Shown: positions 25,066 through 35,667, counted from the first letter of the stretch. The stretch is DNA of 64,000 nucleotides from Phycisphaeraceae bacterium (GCA_029260655.1 JAJDCU010000034.1:64582-128581); one strand, 5' to 3'. The notes: generated by a model from the letters alone, not told the origin. Numbers and translations are program-made.

Positions 25066-26472
25066 TTACCGCTTGATCGTGCCCAGGTCCACGATCAAGC
25101 CGCCCGCCTGGTAGTAGTCCACGCCGAGCATTTTGGGACCGAGGAAAGTGAAAACGACGGCGCTTGGGCGCAGGTGGTCGGCGAACCCAAGGTCCCCGGG
25201 GCCCGGCCCGGCGTAGTCAGCGCCGCCGTGTGTTTGGGCGTGGAAGTGGTAGTGGGCCAGCCCGGTGTACATACGATGGATCAGCGCATCTGACGAGTAG
25301 AACTTCTGATCGTGCACACGCAGCACCGGCGGAAACGGCACAGCGACGACACGCCCTGCCTCATACACCAGCACCCCGCCGTACTCCGTGCTTGTGTCGG
25401 CGTGGTCGGCGTCGGCCTGACGGAAAAGCTCGGCCACCAACGAGCGGTCAGACAACGCGCCAAGCACCCGGTCGATGACCAGCAGGTCCGCCCAGCACAG
25501 CGCCTTGGCGTGGTCGACAAGCGACTCGGATGGCAGGCTCATCATGATCCCCGCTTCGGTGCGGAGCGAGCCTTGCGCCGTGCTCAGCCGGCGCTGAACT
25601 CGCGCAAACATCTGCGCCATGTCCCGCCTAAGCACCGTATCGTCAGCCTGTCCGAGCGCGGGCAGGTGCCTCAGTTCAAGGCCTTGCCGTTGCTGATCGG
25701 TCAATCGCTCAGCCGCGCGGCGGGCGTCCTCCCAGAAAAGCCGGTCCGGCTCGCTGCGCAGTTGCATCAGCCACAGAACGGTTTCCTTGTTCGTCGGTAG
25801 CAGACCAAGCCAGCTTGCTGATTGAAGGTCCGCGATCACCGCCTGGCCCGAAGAGGCATCCGCCAACCTCTCACGGATAGGCTCAGCATCTTCCAGGCGG
25901 TTGATCAGTGTCCATGCGCCAACGCATGTGGACGTAGCCACCGCATCGTCATCGCTAACGAACACGGACCATACGGCCTGCTCCACGGTCAGCCCGGGGT
26001 TCAGCGCCTCGATCGCGGCGCGCTCTGGGCGGTCGGCATCGGCGTAGACCTGAGACATGCGGGCGTAGCTGCCGACCAGCGCGGCGGTGAACCCAGGATC
26101 GTCCCGCTCAACAGCCCGGTCGATCAACGGCCCCAGCACCGGCCAGAGGTCGGTGTCGAGAATCCGCTTGGCCGCGATGTGCCAGAACGTGTCGGGATCG
26201 CGTTCGATCAGCCGATCCATCGCCCAGAGCCGAAGCTCGGTCGGCTGGCTGTCGGACCAGAGGACCCGGTGCATGGCCGAGGCCGTGCGCGCCGGGTCGG
26301 TGGTAGCATTGATCGGGCCGAGTTGACGCGCCGCCGCCATCCGTTTGGACGGGTCCCGCGAACGGTCGAGCATCACATCAATCGGATCGGCAACGGGCGC
26401 AGAAGCGCAGCCGGTGATCAACACCAGTTGCAGCCAGACCGCTGCGCCGATCCAATGAGCAGCGCGTGTCAT
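25066..26472 (-). CDS. Lipoprotein of unknown function
   Basis: I chose the internal ATG at 26472, which overlaps the sppA stop as ATGA. The signal peptide with lipobox is AAVWLQLVLITGC. Confidence 0.55.
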   Translation of the reverse strand: MTRAAHWIGAAVWLQLVLITGCASAPVADPIDVMLDRSRDPSKRMAAARQLGPINATTDPARTASAMHRVLWSDSQPTELRLWAMDRLIERDPDTFWHIAAKRILDTDLWPVLGPLIDRAVERDDPGFTAALVGSYARMSQVYADADRPERAAIEALNPGLTVEQAVWSVFVSDDDAVATSTCVGAWTLINRLEDAEPIRERLADASSGQAVIADLQSASWLGLLPTNKETVLWLMQLRSEPDRLFWEDARRAAERLTDQQRQGLELRHLPALGQADDTVLRRDMAQMFARVQRRLSTAQGSLRTEAGIMMSLPSESLVDHAKALCWADLLVIDRVLGALSDRSLVAELFRQADADHADTSTEYGGVLVYEAGRVVAVPFPPVLRVHDQKFYSSDALIHRMYTGLAHYHFHAQTHGGADYAGPGPGDLGFADHLRPSAVVFTFLGPKMLGVDYYQAGGLIVDLGTIKR

Positions 26473-27599
26473 GGGGTGGATATCGAGTACGACAGCCGGG
26501 GCACGCCCATCTCCAGGATCCACGAGCGGACCTGTTCAGCGGAAAGCGTGGGCAGCTCGGAACGTTCAGCTCCCATCAGGGCCTCGACCAGCGTCCGGTG
26601 CTTGCCGATGACCGTCACGCGCGGTGTTTCCCCGACGGGGAGCCCGGAAAGCTCGACAGCCTTGGAGATCGCGTCATCGATGTAGCCGATCTCATCAATC
26701 AACTTCGCCTCCTGCGCCTGCTTGGCGGTGAAGATACGACCGGTCGCCAAGTCGCGCACCTCCTGCTCGGTCAGCACAGCCGATCGGCTCTGGGCCACAA
26801 CCTCGACAAAGCGGTCGTAGGCGCTATCCAAAAGCCCCTGCACGACGGTGCGGTCCTGCTCGGTCCACGAACGTGTCAGATCGTTGGCGGTGTCTTTGTC
26901 CGGCGAGTCGGACGCCACCATCGTGACCGGATCGACGCCGATCTTCTCCAGTAGGCCCTCGAAGGTCAGGAGTTGGCCCATCACGCCGATGCTGCCGGTG
27001 ACGCAGGTGGGTTCAGCGTAGATGTGGTCGGCCATGGCGGAGACGTAATACCCGCCGCTGGCGGCCAACGAACCGTAGCTGGCAACGATCTTGATGTCGG
27101 GGTGCTTGGCGCGGAACACATCGATGTGGTGCCATATCCGGTCCGAGGCGCCCACGCCCCCGCCGCCGGAGTCGACCCGGAGCACCAACGCCGCAGGCGG
27201 GTTGGCGTCCAGCGCCTGCATCGCCTGACGGATGAACACCGCCGTATCCTCGTCGATCATCCCGATCACAGGCAGGATCGCGATACGCTGCTCGGTCTGC
27301 CCTTCCTGGTAGGTCTCCTCGACCACCGGGCCGGTGGCGACCTGATTTGACAGGATGACCGCGAAGTAGATGTTCAGCATGATCGACGTGATGAACAGGG
27401 TCGTGATCAGCGACGTGACTACCCGCGACGCCACACCGCCGCTGCGAGTCGGAGCGGGTGCGTAGATCGGCGGGGCATAGCCCGGTGGCGGTGGCGGCGG
27501 GGCCGAAAACGATGGGTCGACCGATGGCCGGCCCTGGTTGGGAGCGTCTTTAGTTGGGTCGGTCTGATCCGGCATAGGTTGGAACCTCTTGTTATTCAC
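26469..27599 (-). CDS. sppA: Signal peptide peptidase SppA (36K type)
   Basis: It has an N-terminal TM helix, then VDSGGGGVGAS and SLAASGGYYVSAMADHIYAEPTCVTGSIGV. Confidence 0.85.
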   Translation of the reverse strand: MNNKRFQPMPDQTDPTKDAPNQGRPSVDPSFSAPPPPPPGYAPPIYAPAPTRSGGVASRVVTSLITTLFITSIMLNIYFAVILSNQVATGPVVEETYQEGQTEQRIAILPVIGMIDEDTAVFIRQAMQALDANPPAALVLRVDSGGGGVGASDRIWHHIDVFRAKHPDIKIVASYGSLAASGGYYVSAMADHIYAEPTCVTGSIGVMGQLLTFEGLLEKIGVDPVTMVASDSPDKDTANDLTRSWTEQDRTVVQGLLDSAYDRFVEVVAQSRSAVLTEQEVRDLATGRIFTAKQAQEAKLIDEIGYIDDAISKAVELSGLPVGETPRVTVIGKHRTLVEALMGAERSELPTLSAEQVRSWILEMGVPRLSYSISTP

Positions 27600-27743
27600 G
27601 GGCTGGTGGGGGCTTGATGGATAACACTAGCCCCGTTGTTGAATCGGTCAACCCGTCATCAGGGCTACATATTCGGACGGGCTGGGAATCCTCGGTGTAA
27701 TAAAGGCTTACGCCGAACGTGGAGCGAGCATCGCTGGCGGACT

Positions 27744-28559
27744 ATGATGGCTGCTATGACAGAGCATCTACATATCGACCCGTTCAGCGGGATCGCCGGG
27801 GATATGTTCCTAGGCGCCCTGATCGACCTGGGGGCTCCACTGGAAGGCGTGATCTCCGCGCTAAAGCCGCTGAAGCTAAAGCCGTTTCCCCAGATCACCG
27901 CCCACCGGGTCCAGCGGCACGGGATCGGCGCGGTCGACCTGAAGGTCCATGCCCAGCCGCCTAAGGACAGCGGACATCACCACCACACGCACTACAACGA
28001 CATCCTGGGATTGATCGACCAACTGGACGCACCGGGCCGGGCCAAGGACCGCGCCCGCCGGGTAACCACCGTACTGGCCCAGGCCGAGGCCAAGGTCCAC
28101 GGGATGGCGATCGAGAAGGTCCACTTCCATGAGGTTGGCGCGGTTGACTCGATCGTGGACATGCTCGGGTCGGCGGTGGCGCTTGAACTGCTGGGTGTGG
28201 ACACGCTCACCTGCGGGCCTCTGCCGATCTCGCGCGGGTTCGTCAAGTGCGAGCACGGCACGATGCCCGTGCCGGCCCCTGCGACGGCTTACCTGATGTG
28301 TGGGCTGGCGACGGCCGGGGTCGACCGCACGGGTGAGCTGGTCACGCCGACCGGCGCGGCGCTGGTCGCGGCGCTGTGCCAGTCTTGCCAGCCGTCACCG
28401 CCGATGACGATCCGGACGGTGGGCTACGGCGCGGGCGATCGGGAAGACCCCAAGGTCCCGAACCTGCTGCGGCTGATGATCGGCGAGCGCACGCCAACCG
28501 GCAGACTCACCCCAAGTGGAGCGCCGCAAACGATCGGGCACGGCGAGGCGCCATCATGA
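27744..28559 (+). CDS. larC: LarC-family nickel-insertion protein (DUF111), N-terminal domain only
   Basis: It carries the family signature LHIDPFSGIAGDMFLGALIDLGAP and HFHEVGAVDSIVD. The ORF stops after about 271 aa, before the usual C-terminal domain. Confidence 0.7.
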   Translation: MMAAMTEHLHIDPFSGIAGDMFLGALIDLGAPLEGVISALKPLKLKPFPQITAHRVQRHGIGAVDLKVHAQPPKDSGHHHHTHYNDILGLIDQLDAPGRAKDRARRVTTVLAQAEAKVHGMAIEKVHFHEVGAVDSIVDMLGSAVALELLGVDTLTCGPLPISRGFVKCEHGTMPVPAPATAYLMCGLATAGVDRTGELVTPTGAALVAALCQSCQPSPPMTIRTVGYGAGDREDPKVPNLLRLMIGERTPTGRLTPSGAPQTIGHGEAPS

Positions 28560-28614
28560 AGCTGCATCACCGGTCAGACCCGTGCCCGATCAACCGCAAG
28601 GAGTTTTCCGTACG

Positions 28615-29529
28615 GTGAAGCCTGTCATCGTCATATCCGTTGCCGGGGTTTTGATACTGATCGTGGTGTTGGCGGTCTGGTTTGGCGGTGTGCCCGACGG
28701 CCCAACGTCAGCAACCGCCCCCAAGACCATTCAGGCACAGATCTTTCCAGATGATCTGCCGAAGATCTTTACCTCGGCCGACCCGCAGTCCGACGCCACA
28801 GAGCTGTACGACCAGGCGGTGGCCCTATACGAAGACAACCGCGATGTGTTGACGAAGACCAAGGCCCACGACAAGCTGGTCGCCGGTCTTTGCGAGCTCC
28901 TGGTCCGCGCGATGCGGGCCGGTCACGTGGAAGCCGGCTTCATGGACCGACACATCCCGCTACATATCGGCGCCGAGCCTGAATTCGGTGATTCGCTCGA
29001 ATCGATTTACGAGTTGGTGATCCGAGAGTCGGCGCGCCGGTTCACCGCCGGGGATCGTGAAGAGGCGATGGTGCTCGCGCAGGCGGTCTGGGCGCTGGGC
29101 CAAAGGATGTTCGAATCAAACGTCCGGCTGTACAACCGCGTGGTCGGGCTGGACATGATGGAGTCGGCCGGGATGATGCTGTACGAGATGGCCGACGATT
29201 CGGGGCCGAAGACACAGGCGTTAGCGGATTGGTCACAGACGATCAAGGATATCCGCCGTGCCTGGCAAGCTAAGATGAAGATCGTCCTGCACCTGGATCC
29301 GCAGATCGGCGACCTGATCAATATCGCGCTGCACGACAAGGACCGGACATTCCGCGTGGAGGCGACGCTCCGTCTTGGCCTCTTCAAATACGCCGCAAAG
29401 CGCCGGGCCGACCGCCGGGCGGTGCTCGACGCGATCACGTCGGCGATGGGCAGCGAAGATGCGTTGATCGCCGAGGCCGCCCGGGTCGCCGATGCGCTTA
29501 CCCTGGAAGAGAAACGTCGGTTCTACTGA
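28615..29529 (+). CDS. Membrane-anchored hypothetical protein
   Basis: I preferred the GTG at 28615, which sits just before the TM helix VIVISVAGVLILIVVLAVWF. The ORF-track start at 28516 would overlap larC. Confidence 0.5.
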   Translation: MKPVIVISVAGVLILIVVLAVWFGGVPDGPTSATAPKTIQAQIFPDDLPKIFTSADPQSDATELYDQAVALYEDNRDVLTKTKAHDKLVAGLCELLVRAMRAGHVEAGFMDRHIPLHIGAEPEFGDSLESIYELVIRESARRFTAGDREEAMVLAQAVWALGQRMFESNVRLYNRVVGLDMMESAGMMLYEMADDSGPKTQALADWSQTIKDIRRAWQAKMKIVLHLDPQIGDLINIALHDKDRTFRVEATLRLGLFKYAAKRRADRRAVLDAITSAMGSEDALIAEAARVADALTLEEKRRFY

Positions 29530-29553
29530 GCCGAAAAGATCGCGACGACCGTT

Positions 29554-31041
29554 ATGCAGCTACTGATCCTCGCCCTGGCCCTGTGCCTTTTCGCCCACGA
29601 CCAGTTCCCCGGGCTGGTCCTGGCGGATCGCTCGTGGCCGGTCTTACTGGCGATTGTGCTGGCCCCCAAGCTGGTGCTCACAGGGGCCTACGCCCTTGCG
29701 TGCGTCGTCACCCGGCGAAGACTCACAAGTGGCGACGCCTCCAGACGGCTTCGGCGGATCAACTGGATGGGCGGGGGATTCCGGCTGATTGGGATCATCC
29801 TGTATGCGACCGATCTGCACGTCGGCTTGCTGGTCGCGGTGCGCGGGGCGTTGGAAACACGGACAGGTCTTTCGCACACGATCCTGCTGGATGAGCTGCT
29901 GGTGATACTCCCGACGCTGGTGTACTGGGGCCTGGGGTGGTGGTTCTATTACCCGATCGAGCGCCGACTGCGGGAAGCCGGACTGATCCGCCTGCTGGAC
30001 CAGGGCCTGCCGGCCTACCCGATATGGACCCGCTGGCAGTATGTCGGGTCGCAGTTCCGCCATCAGGTCGCGTTGATCCTTGTGCCGTTGCTGGCGATCC
30101 TGGCGTGGGCAGAATTGATCCAACTCGGCGGGCCCGCCGGGCGGCAGTGGTTCTCACCCGGGGCTGAGCCATGGCTGCTGGTCGGCGGCTGCTTCGTGAT
30201 CTTCCTGTTTGCGCCGCTGATGATCCGGTTGATCTGGGATACGGCGCCGCTACCAGACGGCGAGATACGTCGGCACCTGCTGGTGATGTGCAAGGACCAC
30301 CGCGTCGGGGTGCGTGACCTGCTGCTGTGGCGGACGCATGGGGGGATGATCAACGCCGCGGTGATCGGCCTGATCGCCCCGCTGCGGTTTATCCTGATCA
30401 CCGACGCCCTGCTGGGGCAGATGCCCAAACCTCATGTCGAGGCGGTGATGGCCCACGAGTTGGCGCATGTGCGCAAGCGGCATATGCTCTGGCTGCTGGT
30501 CTGGGCGGTGGCGCTGATGGGGCTTGTCGAGACCGCGGGCCTGTTTGCGCTTTCGGCTAACGGGGTTCGGCTGGAGCAGACGGCGCAGGCCCTGAAGCTG
30601 ACCACCGTCGGGGGCGATCCGATCGCCGTGGGGTTGAGCTTTGAGTCTTTAGACTCGCCCCAGGCGCTGGTGCTTGCGGTGTCGTCGGCGGCGATGGCGG
30701 TCTGGGTGACCGGCTTTGGCTGGGTGTCACGCCGGGTGGAACGGCAGGCCGACAGCTTCGCCGCGGCGCACCTGGCTCGGCAGCGCGGCGGCGAGACGAT
30801 CGAATCGCAGGACGCCCAGACGATGATCGACGCGCTTCAGCACGTCGCCGACCTCAATCATATCGCGGTGGCCAAGCACAGTTGGCGACACGGGTCGATT
30901 GCCTGGCGACAGGATTACCTGCGCTCACTGGTCGGCAAACCCATGCTTGGTCTACCGATCGACCGGCAGATGCGGTACATCAACGCGCTGGCGGTGCTGA
31001 TGGTCGTGGCGGTGGTCGCGATGCAGGCGTATCTGGGTTGA
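29554..31041 (+). CDS. Integral-membrane M48-family zinc metallopeptidase
   Basis: It has multiple TM helices and the motif HELAHVRKRH. Confidence 0.75.
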   Translation: MQLLILALALCLFAHDQFPGLVLADRSWPVLLAIVLAPKLVLTGAYALACVVTRRRLTSGDASRRLRRINWMGGGFRLIGIILYATDLHVGLLVAVRGALETRTGLSHTILLDELLVILPTLVYWGLGWWFYYPIERRLREAGLIRLLDQGLPAYPIWTRWQYVGSQFRHQVALILVPLLAILAWAELIQLGGPAGRQWFSPGAEPWLLVGGCFVIFLFAPLMIRLIWDTAPLPDGEIRRHLLVMCKDHRVGVRDLLLWRTHGGMINAAVIGLIAPLRFILITDALLGQMPKPHVEAVMAHELAHVRKRHMLWLLVWAVALMGLVETAGLFALSANGVRLEQTAQALKLTTVGGDPIAVGLSFESLDSPQALVLAVSSAAMAVWVTGFGWVSRRVERQADSFAAAHLARQRGGETIESQDAQTMIDALQHVADLNHIAVAKHSWRHGSIAWRQDYLRSLVGKPMLGLPIDRQMRYINALAVLMVVAVVAMQAYLG

Positions 31042-31066
31042 GGTTTGTGGGGATTGCCCGTTCCGA

Positions 31067-31095
31067 TTAACGGACCACGCCGGGGCGCGTATAAT
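31067..31095 (+). promoter_or_regulatory. Sigma-70-like promoter candidate for dapF (TTAACG-17 nt-TATAAT)
   Basis: A perfect TATAAT lies at 31090-31095, about 40 nt upstream of the dapF ATG. Confidence 0.35.
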
Positions 31096-31135
31096 CCGTC
31101 TTGGCGAAAGATCGCTCTTAGGGTTGGACACGCAT

Positions 31136-31999
31136 ATGCGCTTCACCAAGATGCACGGGCTGGGCAACGATTACGTCTACATCAACGGGTTCCAGGAATC
31201 CGTTGATGAGCCCGAGGCGTTATCCATGCAGATCGCGGACCGACACTTCGGCGTGGGCGGCGACGGCCTGATCCTGCTGCTGCCCACAGAGGCCGGCGTG
31301 GATGCGCACTGCCGGATGCGGATGTTCAATATCGACGGCTCCGAGGGCGAGATGTGCGGCAACGGTATACGCTGCGTCTGCAAGCTGGCACACGACCGAG
31401 GTGTCGTGACAGACAACCCGATGAAGATACAGACCGGCAACGGCGTGCTGACACTCGACTACACGCTCGATAGCCATGGCAAGGTCAAGTCGGTCACGGT
31501 CGATATGGGTGAGCCCGCACTCGACCCGGCGGACGTGCCGATCGATGTCTCCCGGCTGACCGCGACCGACCAGCCTCAGACGTTTGATCTTACGCTCAAT
31601 GAAACAGGCGATCGGTTCACCGCAACGTTCTGCTCGACCGGCAACCCCCACGCGGTGATATACGTCGATGATGTACAGGCTGTGGACCTGGCGCATGTCG
31701 GTCCACTGTTAGAGCATCACCCAGCATTCCCCAGCCGGATGAATGTCCACTTCGTTCAGGCCGTCTCGTCTGGCGAGGTGATGGTCCGGCACTGGGAGCG
31801 CGGCAGCGGGATCACGCTGGCATGCGGGACCGGCGCCAGCGCAGTCTGTGTCGCCGGGGTATTGACCGGGCGCACGAACAGAAAGATCACCGCCCACCTG
31901 CCCGGCGGCGCTTTGTCACTTGAATGGAAAGAATCAGACAACCACGTCACCATGACCGGCCCGGCGGTCGAAGTATTCACCGGGGACTGGGCTGAGTGA
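31136..31999 (+). CDS. dapF: Diaminopimelate epimerase
   Basis: The motifs are FTKMHGLGNDYVY, MCGNGIRC, STGNPHAV and ERGSGITLACGTGASA (the two catalytic Cys regions). Confidence 0.9.
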   Translation: MRFTKMHGLGNDYVYINGFQESVDEPEALSMQIADRHFGVGGDGLILLLPTEAGVDAHCRMRMFNIDGSEGEMCGNGIRCVCKLAHDRGVVTDNPMKIQTGNGVLTLDYTLDSHGKVKSVTVDMGEPALDPADVPIDVSRLTATDQPQTFDLTLNETGDRFTATFCSTGNPHAVIYVDDVQAVDLAHVGPLLEHHPAFPSRMNVHFVQAVSSGEVMVRHWERGSGITLACGTGASAVCVAGVLTGRTNRKITAHLPGGALSLEWKESDNHVTMTGPAVEVFTGDWAE

Positions 32000-32084
32000 A
32001 CACGCAGATTGACTTATAGCCGAGAGGTTACACCTCACGGCCCCACGGCGTGTCGCGCCGCGGCTACAAAGAAATGTGGATTCT

Positions 32085-33428
32085 TCACAGTCCCAGCAGC
32101 CGTTCGACGAAGTTGATGTCGACGTCGCTGCGGATGAAATTGCCGTTGCGCATCAGGTCGGCGTGCAGGGGGATGGTGGTCTTGATGGGATCGATCGTAA
32201 ACTCGTTGAGCGCCCGCTTGAGCGAGGCGATGGCCTGGTCGCGTGTCGGCTGGTGAACGATGAGTTTGGCGATCATCGAGTCGTAGTTGGGGGGGATGCG
32301 GTAGCCGGCGTGGCAGTGGGTGTCTACACGGACGCCGGGGCCGCCGGGGGCGTCGAAGTGTTCGATCGTGCCGGCACATGGCGCGAAGTTCTTCGCGGGG
32401 TCCTCGGCGTTGATGCGGACCTCGATCGCGTGGCCCCTTTGCTTAACCTGCTTCTGTGAGAAGGAAAGTTTTTCGCCGGCGGCGATGCTGAGTTGTTCCT
32501 TGACGATATCGATGCCGGTGACCATCTCGGTGACGGGGTGCTCGACCTGGACGCGGGTGTTGACCTCCATCAGGTAGAACGTCTTGTCCGATCCCATGAG
32601 GAACTCAACGGTCCCGGCGGAGTAATACCCGGCGGACTTACACAGCCGGACCGCGGCCTTGCAGAGTTTTTCACGCTCGTCAGAAGAGATCACCGGGCAG
32701 GGAGATTCTTCGATGAGCTTCTGTTTGCGGCGCTGCATGGTGCAGTCGCGCTCGTAGAGGTGCACGATGTTGCCGTGCTGATCGCCGAGGATCTGGACCT
32801 CGACGTGGCGGGCGTGTTCGATGAACTTTTCGAGGTAGACGGTGCCGTCGCCGAAGGCGGCCTCTGCCTCCTGTCGTGCGGCCTTGATCCCCGAGCGGAG
32901 CGACATGTCGTTGTGCGCCACGCGCATCCCCCGCCCGCCCCCGCCGGCGGCGGCCTTGATGATCACCGGGTACCCGATCTCCTTGGCGGTCTTGACCGCG
33001 TTGGCCTCGTCTTCGATCTTGCCCTTGGACCCCGGGCTGGTGGGGACCTTGTGCCTGACCGCCAGTTGTTTGCACTGGACCTTGTCGCCCAGCAGACGCA
33101 TCGACTCGACACTGGGGCCGATGAACTCGATGTTGCAGGACCGGCAGACCTCGGCGAAGTGTGAGTTCTCGGCGAGGAACCCGTAGCCTGGGTGGATCGC
33201 GTCGACGTTGGCGACCTCGGCGGCGGCGATGATCCGGGCGATGTTCAGGTAGGAGTCGGCGGGCGCAGGCGGGCCGATGCAGATCGCCTGGTCTGCGATC
33301 CGCACGTGCTTGGAGTCCTTGTCGGCGGTGGAATAAGCCGCGACCGCCTCGATCCCAAGATCGTGCGCCGCACGGATGATCCGTACCGCGATCTCGCCTC
33401 GGTTTGCTATCAGGATGCGTGAGAACAT
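32085..33428 (-). CDS. accC: Acetyl-CoA carboxylase, biotin carboxylase subunit
   Basis: The sequence [20 protein letters not shown]..., the glycine loop [22 protein letters not shown]-like [15 protein letters not shown], and the 447-aa length all fit AccC. Confidence 0.95.
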   Translation of the reverse strand: MFSRILIANRGEIAVRIIRAAHDLGIEAVAAYSTADKDSKHVRIADQAICIGPPAPADSYLNIARIIAAAEVANVDAIHPGYGFLAENSHFAEVCRSCNIEFIGPSVESMRLLGDKVQCKQLAVRHKVPTSPGSKGKIEDEANAVKTAKEIGYPVIIKAAAGGGGRGMRVAHNDMSLRSGIKAARQEAEAAFGDGTVYLEKFIEHARHVEVQILGDQHGNIVHLYERDCTMQRRKQKLIEESPCPVISSDEREKLCKAAVRLCKSAGYYSAGTVEFLMGSDKTFYLMEVNTRVQVEHPVTEMVTGIDIVKEQLSIAAGEKLSFSQKQVKQRGHAIEVRINAEDPAKNFAPCAGTIEHFDAPGGPGVRVDTHCHAGYRIPPNYDSMIAKLIVHQPTRDQAIASLKRALNEFTIDPIKTTIPLHADLMRNGNFIRSDVDINFVERLLGL

Positions 33429-33548
33429 AAGTATTAGGGGTTGGGGTTTGGGGATTCGGGATTAGGGAGGCGTACAGAGTCGGGCGGAGCGTTTCAGAGA
33501 GATCCGGGGTCGGCCCCCAATCCCTGATCCCCAACACCTAATCCCTAA
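33429..33548 (-). promoter_or_regulatory. Structured accB-accC intercistronic element: G-tract heptad repeats paired with an inverted C-rich arm
   Basis: On the plus strand, 33434-33470 reads TTAGGGG TTGGGG TTTGGGG ATTCGGG ATTAGGG. The segment 33514-33548 is its imperfect reverse complement (CCCCCAATCCCTGATCCCCAACACCTAATCCCTAA). Confidence 0.6.
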
Positions 33549-34019
33549 CTACCCCGGCTTCACCGTGAACAGCGGCTGGTCGAACTCCACGGCTTGGCCG
33601 GTCTCGACCAGGACCTTTTCGATCGTGCCGGCGACCTCCGCCTTGATCTCGTTGAAGACCTTCATTGCCTCGACGATGCAGACGACCGTCTCGGCATCGA
33701 CCCTGTCGCCGACGCTGACAAAAGGCTTAGCGTCGGGGCTGGAGGCGGTGTAGAACGTGCCGACCATCGGGCTGTCGATGGTAGCCGAGCCGTCATCGGG
33801 GTCGTCCACGGCCTGGGCGCTGGGCGCTTGGGCGGGCGGAGGGGCCTGGGTGGGGCTGTGCGCTATCGGGGGCGCGACAGCCGGCACCAGTTGTACGCCC
33901 GGGCTTTGGCTGTTTCGCTTGAGCTTGACCGGCCCGCCTTCGGCTTCGATGTCCAATTCGGTCAGGTCGTTGTCGACCATCAGCTTGATCAATTGCTTAA
34001 GTGTCTTGATATCAACCAT
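33549..34019 (-). CDS. accB: Biotin carboxyl carrier protein
   Basis: It has a Pro/Ala linker and the biotinylation motif EAMKVFNEI. It lies directly upstream of accC. Confidence 0.9.
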   Translation of the reverse strand: MVDIKTLKQLIKLMVDNDLTELDIEAEGGPVKLKRNSQSPGVQLVPAVAPPIAHSPTQAPPPAQAPSAQAVDDPDDGSATIDSPMVGTFYTASSPDAKPFVSVGDRVDAETVVCIVEAMKVFNEIKAEVAGTIEKVLVETGQAVEFDQPLFTVKPG

Positions 34020-34102
34020 GAAGCTTTCCTGGTGCCCGTCGAGCGTCCGCCTCGGTGGGCAGGCTCCTGATGCCCACGCTCAACAGGCGTGGTGGATTGA
34101 GC

Positions 34103-35227
34103 TTAGATAATCGCGGATTCCACGCTCTTGGGCAAATCGCTGAGGACCTTGTGGCCTTTGGGCGTCACCAGCACGTCATCCTCGATCCGCACGCCCCCCA
34201 CTCCGGGCAGGTAAATGCCCGGCTCGACCGTCACGACGTGCCCGGGCTCAAGCTCGCCCTTGGCCTTACCCGCGAGCACCGGCTGCTCGTGGATATCCAG
34301 ACCGATCCCGTGGCCAAGTGAATGCCCAAATCGCTCGCCGTAGCCGGCCTTGTCGATCACCCGGCGTGCGATGGCGTCGATATCACCAAGCCGTTTGCCC
34401 GGGCGAATCGCTTCAATGGCGGCCATCTGGGCATCCAGCACGATCTGGTAGATCTCACGCATCTTCGGCTTCATTTTTCCGACCGCCACCACGCGGGTAA
34501 GGTCCGAGCAGTAGCCCCCCCACTTCGCGCCCCAGTCGATCAAAACGATCCCCCCCGCCTTGATCTTTTTCTTACCCGGAACCGCGTGGGGCAGGCTGGC
34601 GTTGGCGTCGGTGGCCACGATCGACGGAAAACTCACGCCGTCAGCGCCCAGTGCACGCATACGGTATTCCAAAAACGCCGCGACCTCGTATTCGCTGAGC
34701 CCGGGCTTGATGAAATCGCACGTCTCGCGAAACGCCTGCTGCTGGATCGAAAGCGCCTTGCGGATCGCCTTGACCTCCCCAGCGTCCTTGACCGCGCGCT
34801 GCATCAGCAAGCCGTCATCGACCGCCACGAGACGCTTTGCCCCCAGGTGCTTGGCCAGCGTCTTACGCATCGAGAGGGTTGTGGAGTCTGGCTGGATCGC
34901 AATCTTCTTCGCCTTGATCCGGTCGGCCAGCGTGGCCAATTCCTGCGCGAGCCCTTTCTTCCGCATGACCGCTACGGCGTGGGGCGCTTCGTTTTGTATC
35001 TGCTCCTGGAAACGGAAGTCGCTGAGGATGTAGACCTTGCCGCCGCGCATAGGGATCAGGGCCCAGGAGTCGTCGCCGATGAACCCGGTGAGGTAACGGA
35101 TATCGCGCGGGTTGGTCACGAGTAAGGCCGAAGCGTCTGTGGACCTTAAGCGCTTTTGCATCGTGCGTACACGGTCACGGAGCCACGGAGGGGCAGCCGA
35201 TTTTCTAATGGTCTTCTTCCTGGCCAT
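34103..35227 (-). CDS. M24-family Xaa-Pro aminopeptidase/dipeptidase
   Basis: I chose the internal ATG at 35227 (MARKKTIRK). The motifs are [37 protein letters not shown] and GGVRIEDD. Confidence 0.85.
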   Translation of the reverse strand: MARKKTIRKSAAPPWLRDRVRTMQKRLRSTDASALLVTNPRDIRYLTGFIGDDSWALIPMRGGKVYILSDFRFQEQIQNEAPHAVAVMRKKGLAQELATLADRIKAKKIAIQPDSTTLSMRKTLAKHLGAKRLVAVDDGLLMQRAVKDAGEVKAIRKALSIQQQAFRETCDFIKPGLSEYEVAAFLEYRMRALGADGVSFPSIVATDANASLPHAVPGKKKIKAGGIVLIDWGAKWGGYCSDLTRVVAVGKMKPKMREIYQIVLDAQMAAIEAIRPGKRLGDIDAIARRVIDKAGYGERFGHSLGHGIGLDIHEQPVLAGKAKGELEPGHVVTVEPGIYLPGVGGVRIEDDVLVTPKGHKVLSDLPKSVESAII

Positions 35228-35265
35228 CGTGTGGTTCCCTGGTCGGTTGCTGCGCGTGCGGACGT

Positions 35266-35667
35266 CTACTTGTAGACCTTCTTCGGGTCGAACACTTTTT
35301 CTTCGACCACTTTCAAAGACCCGTCGGCATCGGCAACCCGGTAGAAGCACGAGTTGTACCCGACGTGGCAGCACGGGCCGTGTGACTTGCACTTAAGCAG
35401 CACCAGGTCCTGATCGCAGTCGACACGGACCTCGACGACCTCCTGCACATGCCCGGAGCTCTCGCCCTTGATCCACATCTTGTCGCGCGAGCGGGAATAG
35501 AACGTGGCCTTCTTGATCTCAAGCGTCTGCTTCAGCGCCGCCTCGTTCATCCAGGCCATCATGAGGATCTCGCCGGTGTCGATGTCCTGCACGATCGCGG
35601 GGACCAGGCCCTTATCGTCAAACTTGATGTCCAGCTGGTCGGTGGTTTCGCGTTGTGTATCGCCCAT
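35266..35667 (-). CDS. hisI: Phosphoribosyl-AMP cyclohydrolase
   Basis: The motifs are LVPAIVQD...ILMMAWMNEAAL, TFYSRSR..MWIKGESSGH and VDCDQDLVLLK. I chose the internal ATG at 35667. Confidence 0.85.
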   Translation of the reverse strand: MGDTQRETTDQLDIKFDDKGLVPAIVQDIDTGEILMMAWMNEAALKQTLEIKKATFYSRSRDKMWIKGESSGHVQEVVEVRVDCDQDLVLLKCKSHGPCCHVGYNSCFYRVADADGSLKVVEEKVFDPKKVYK

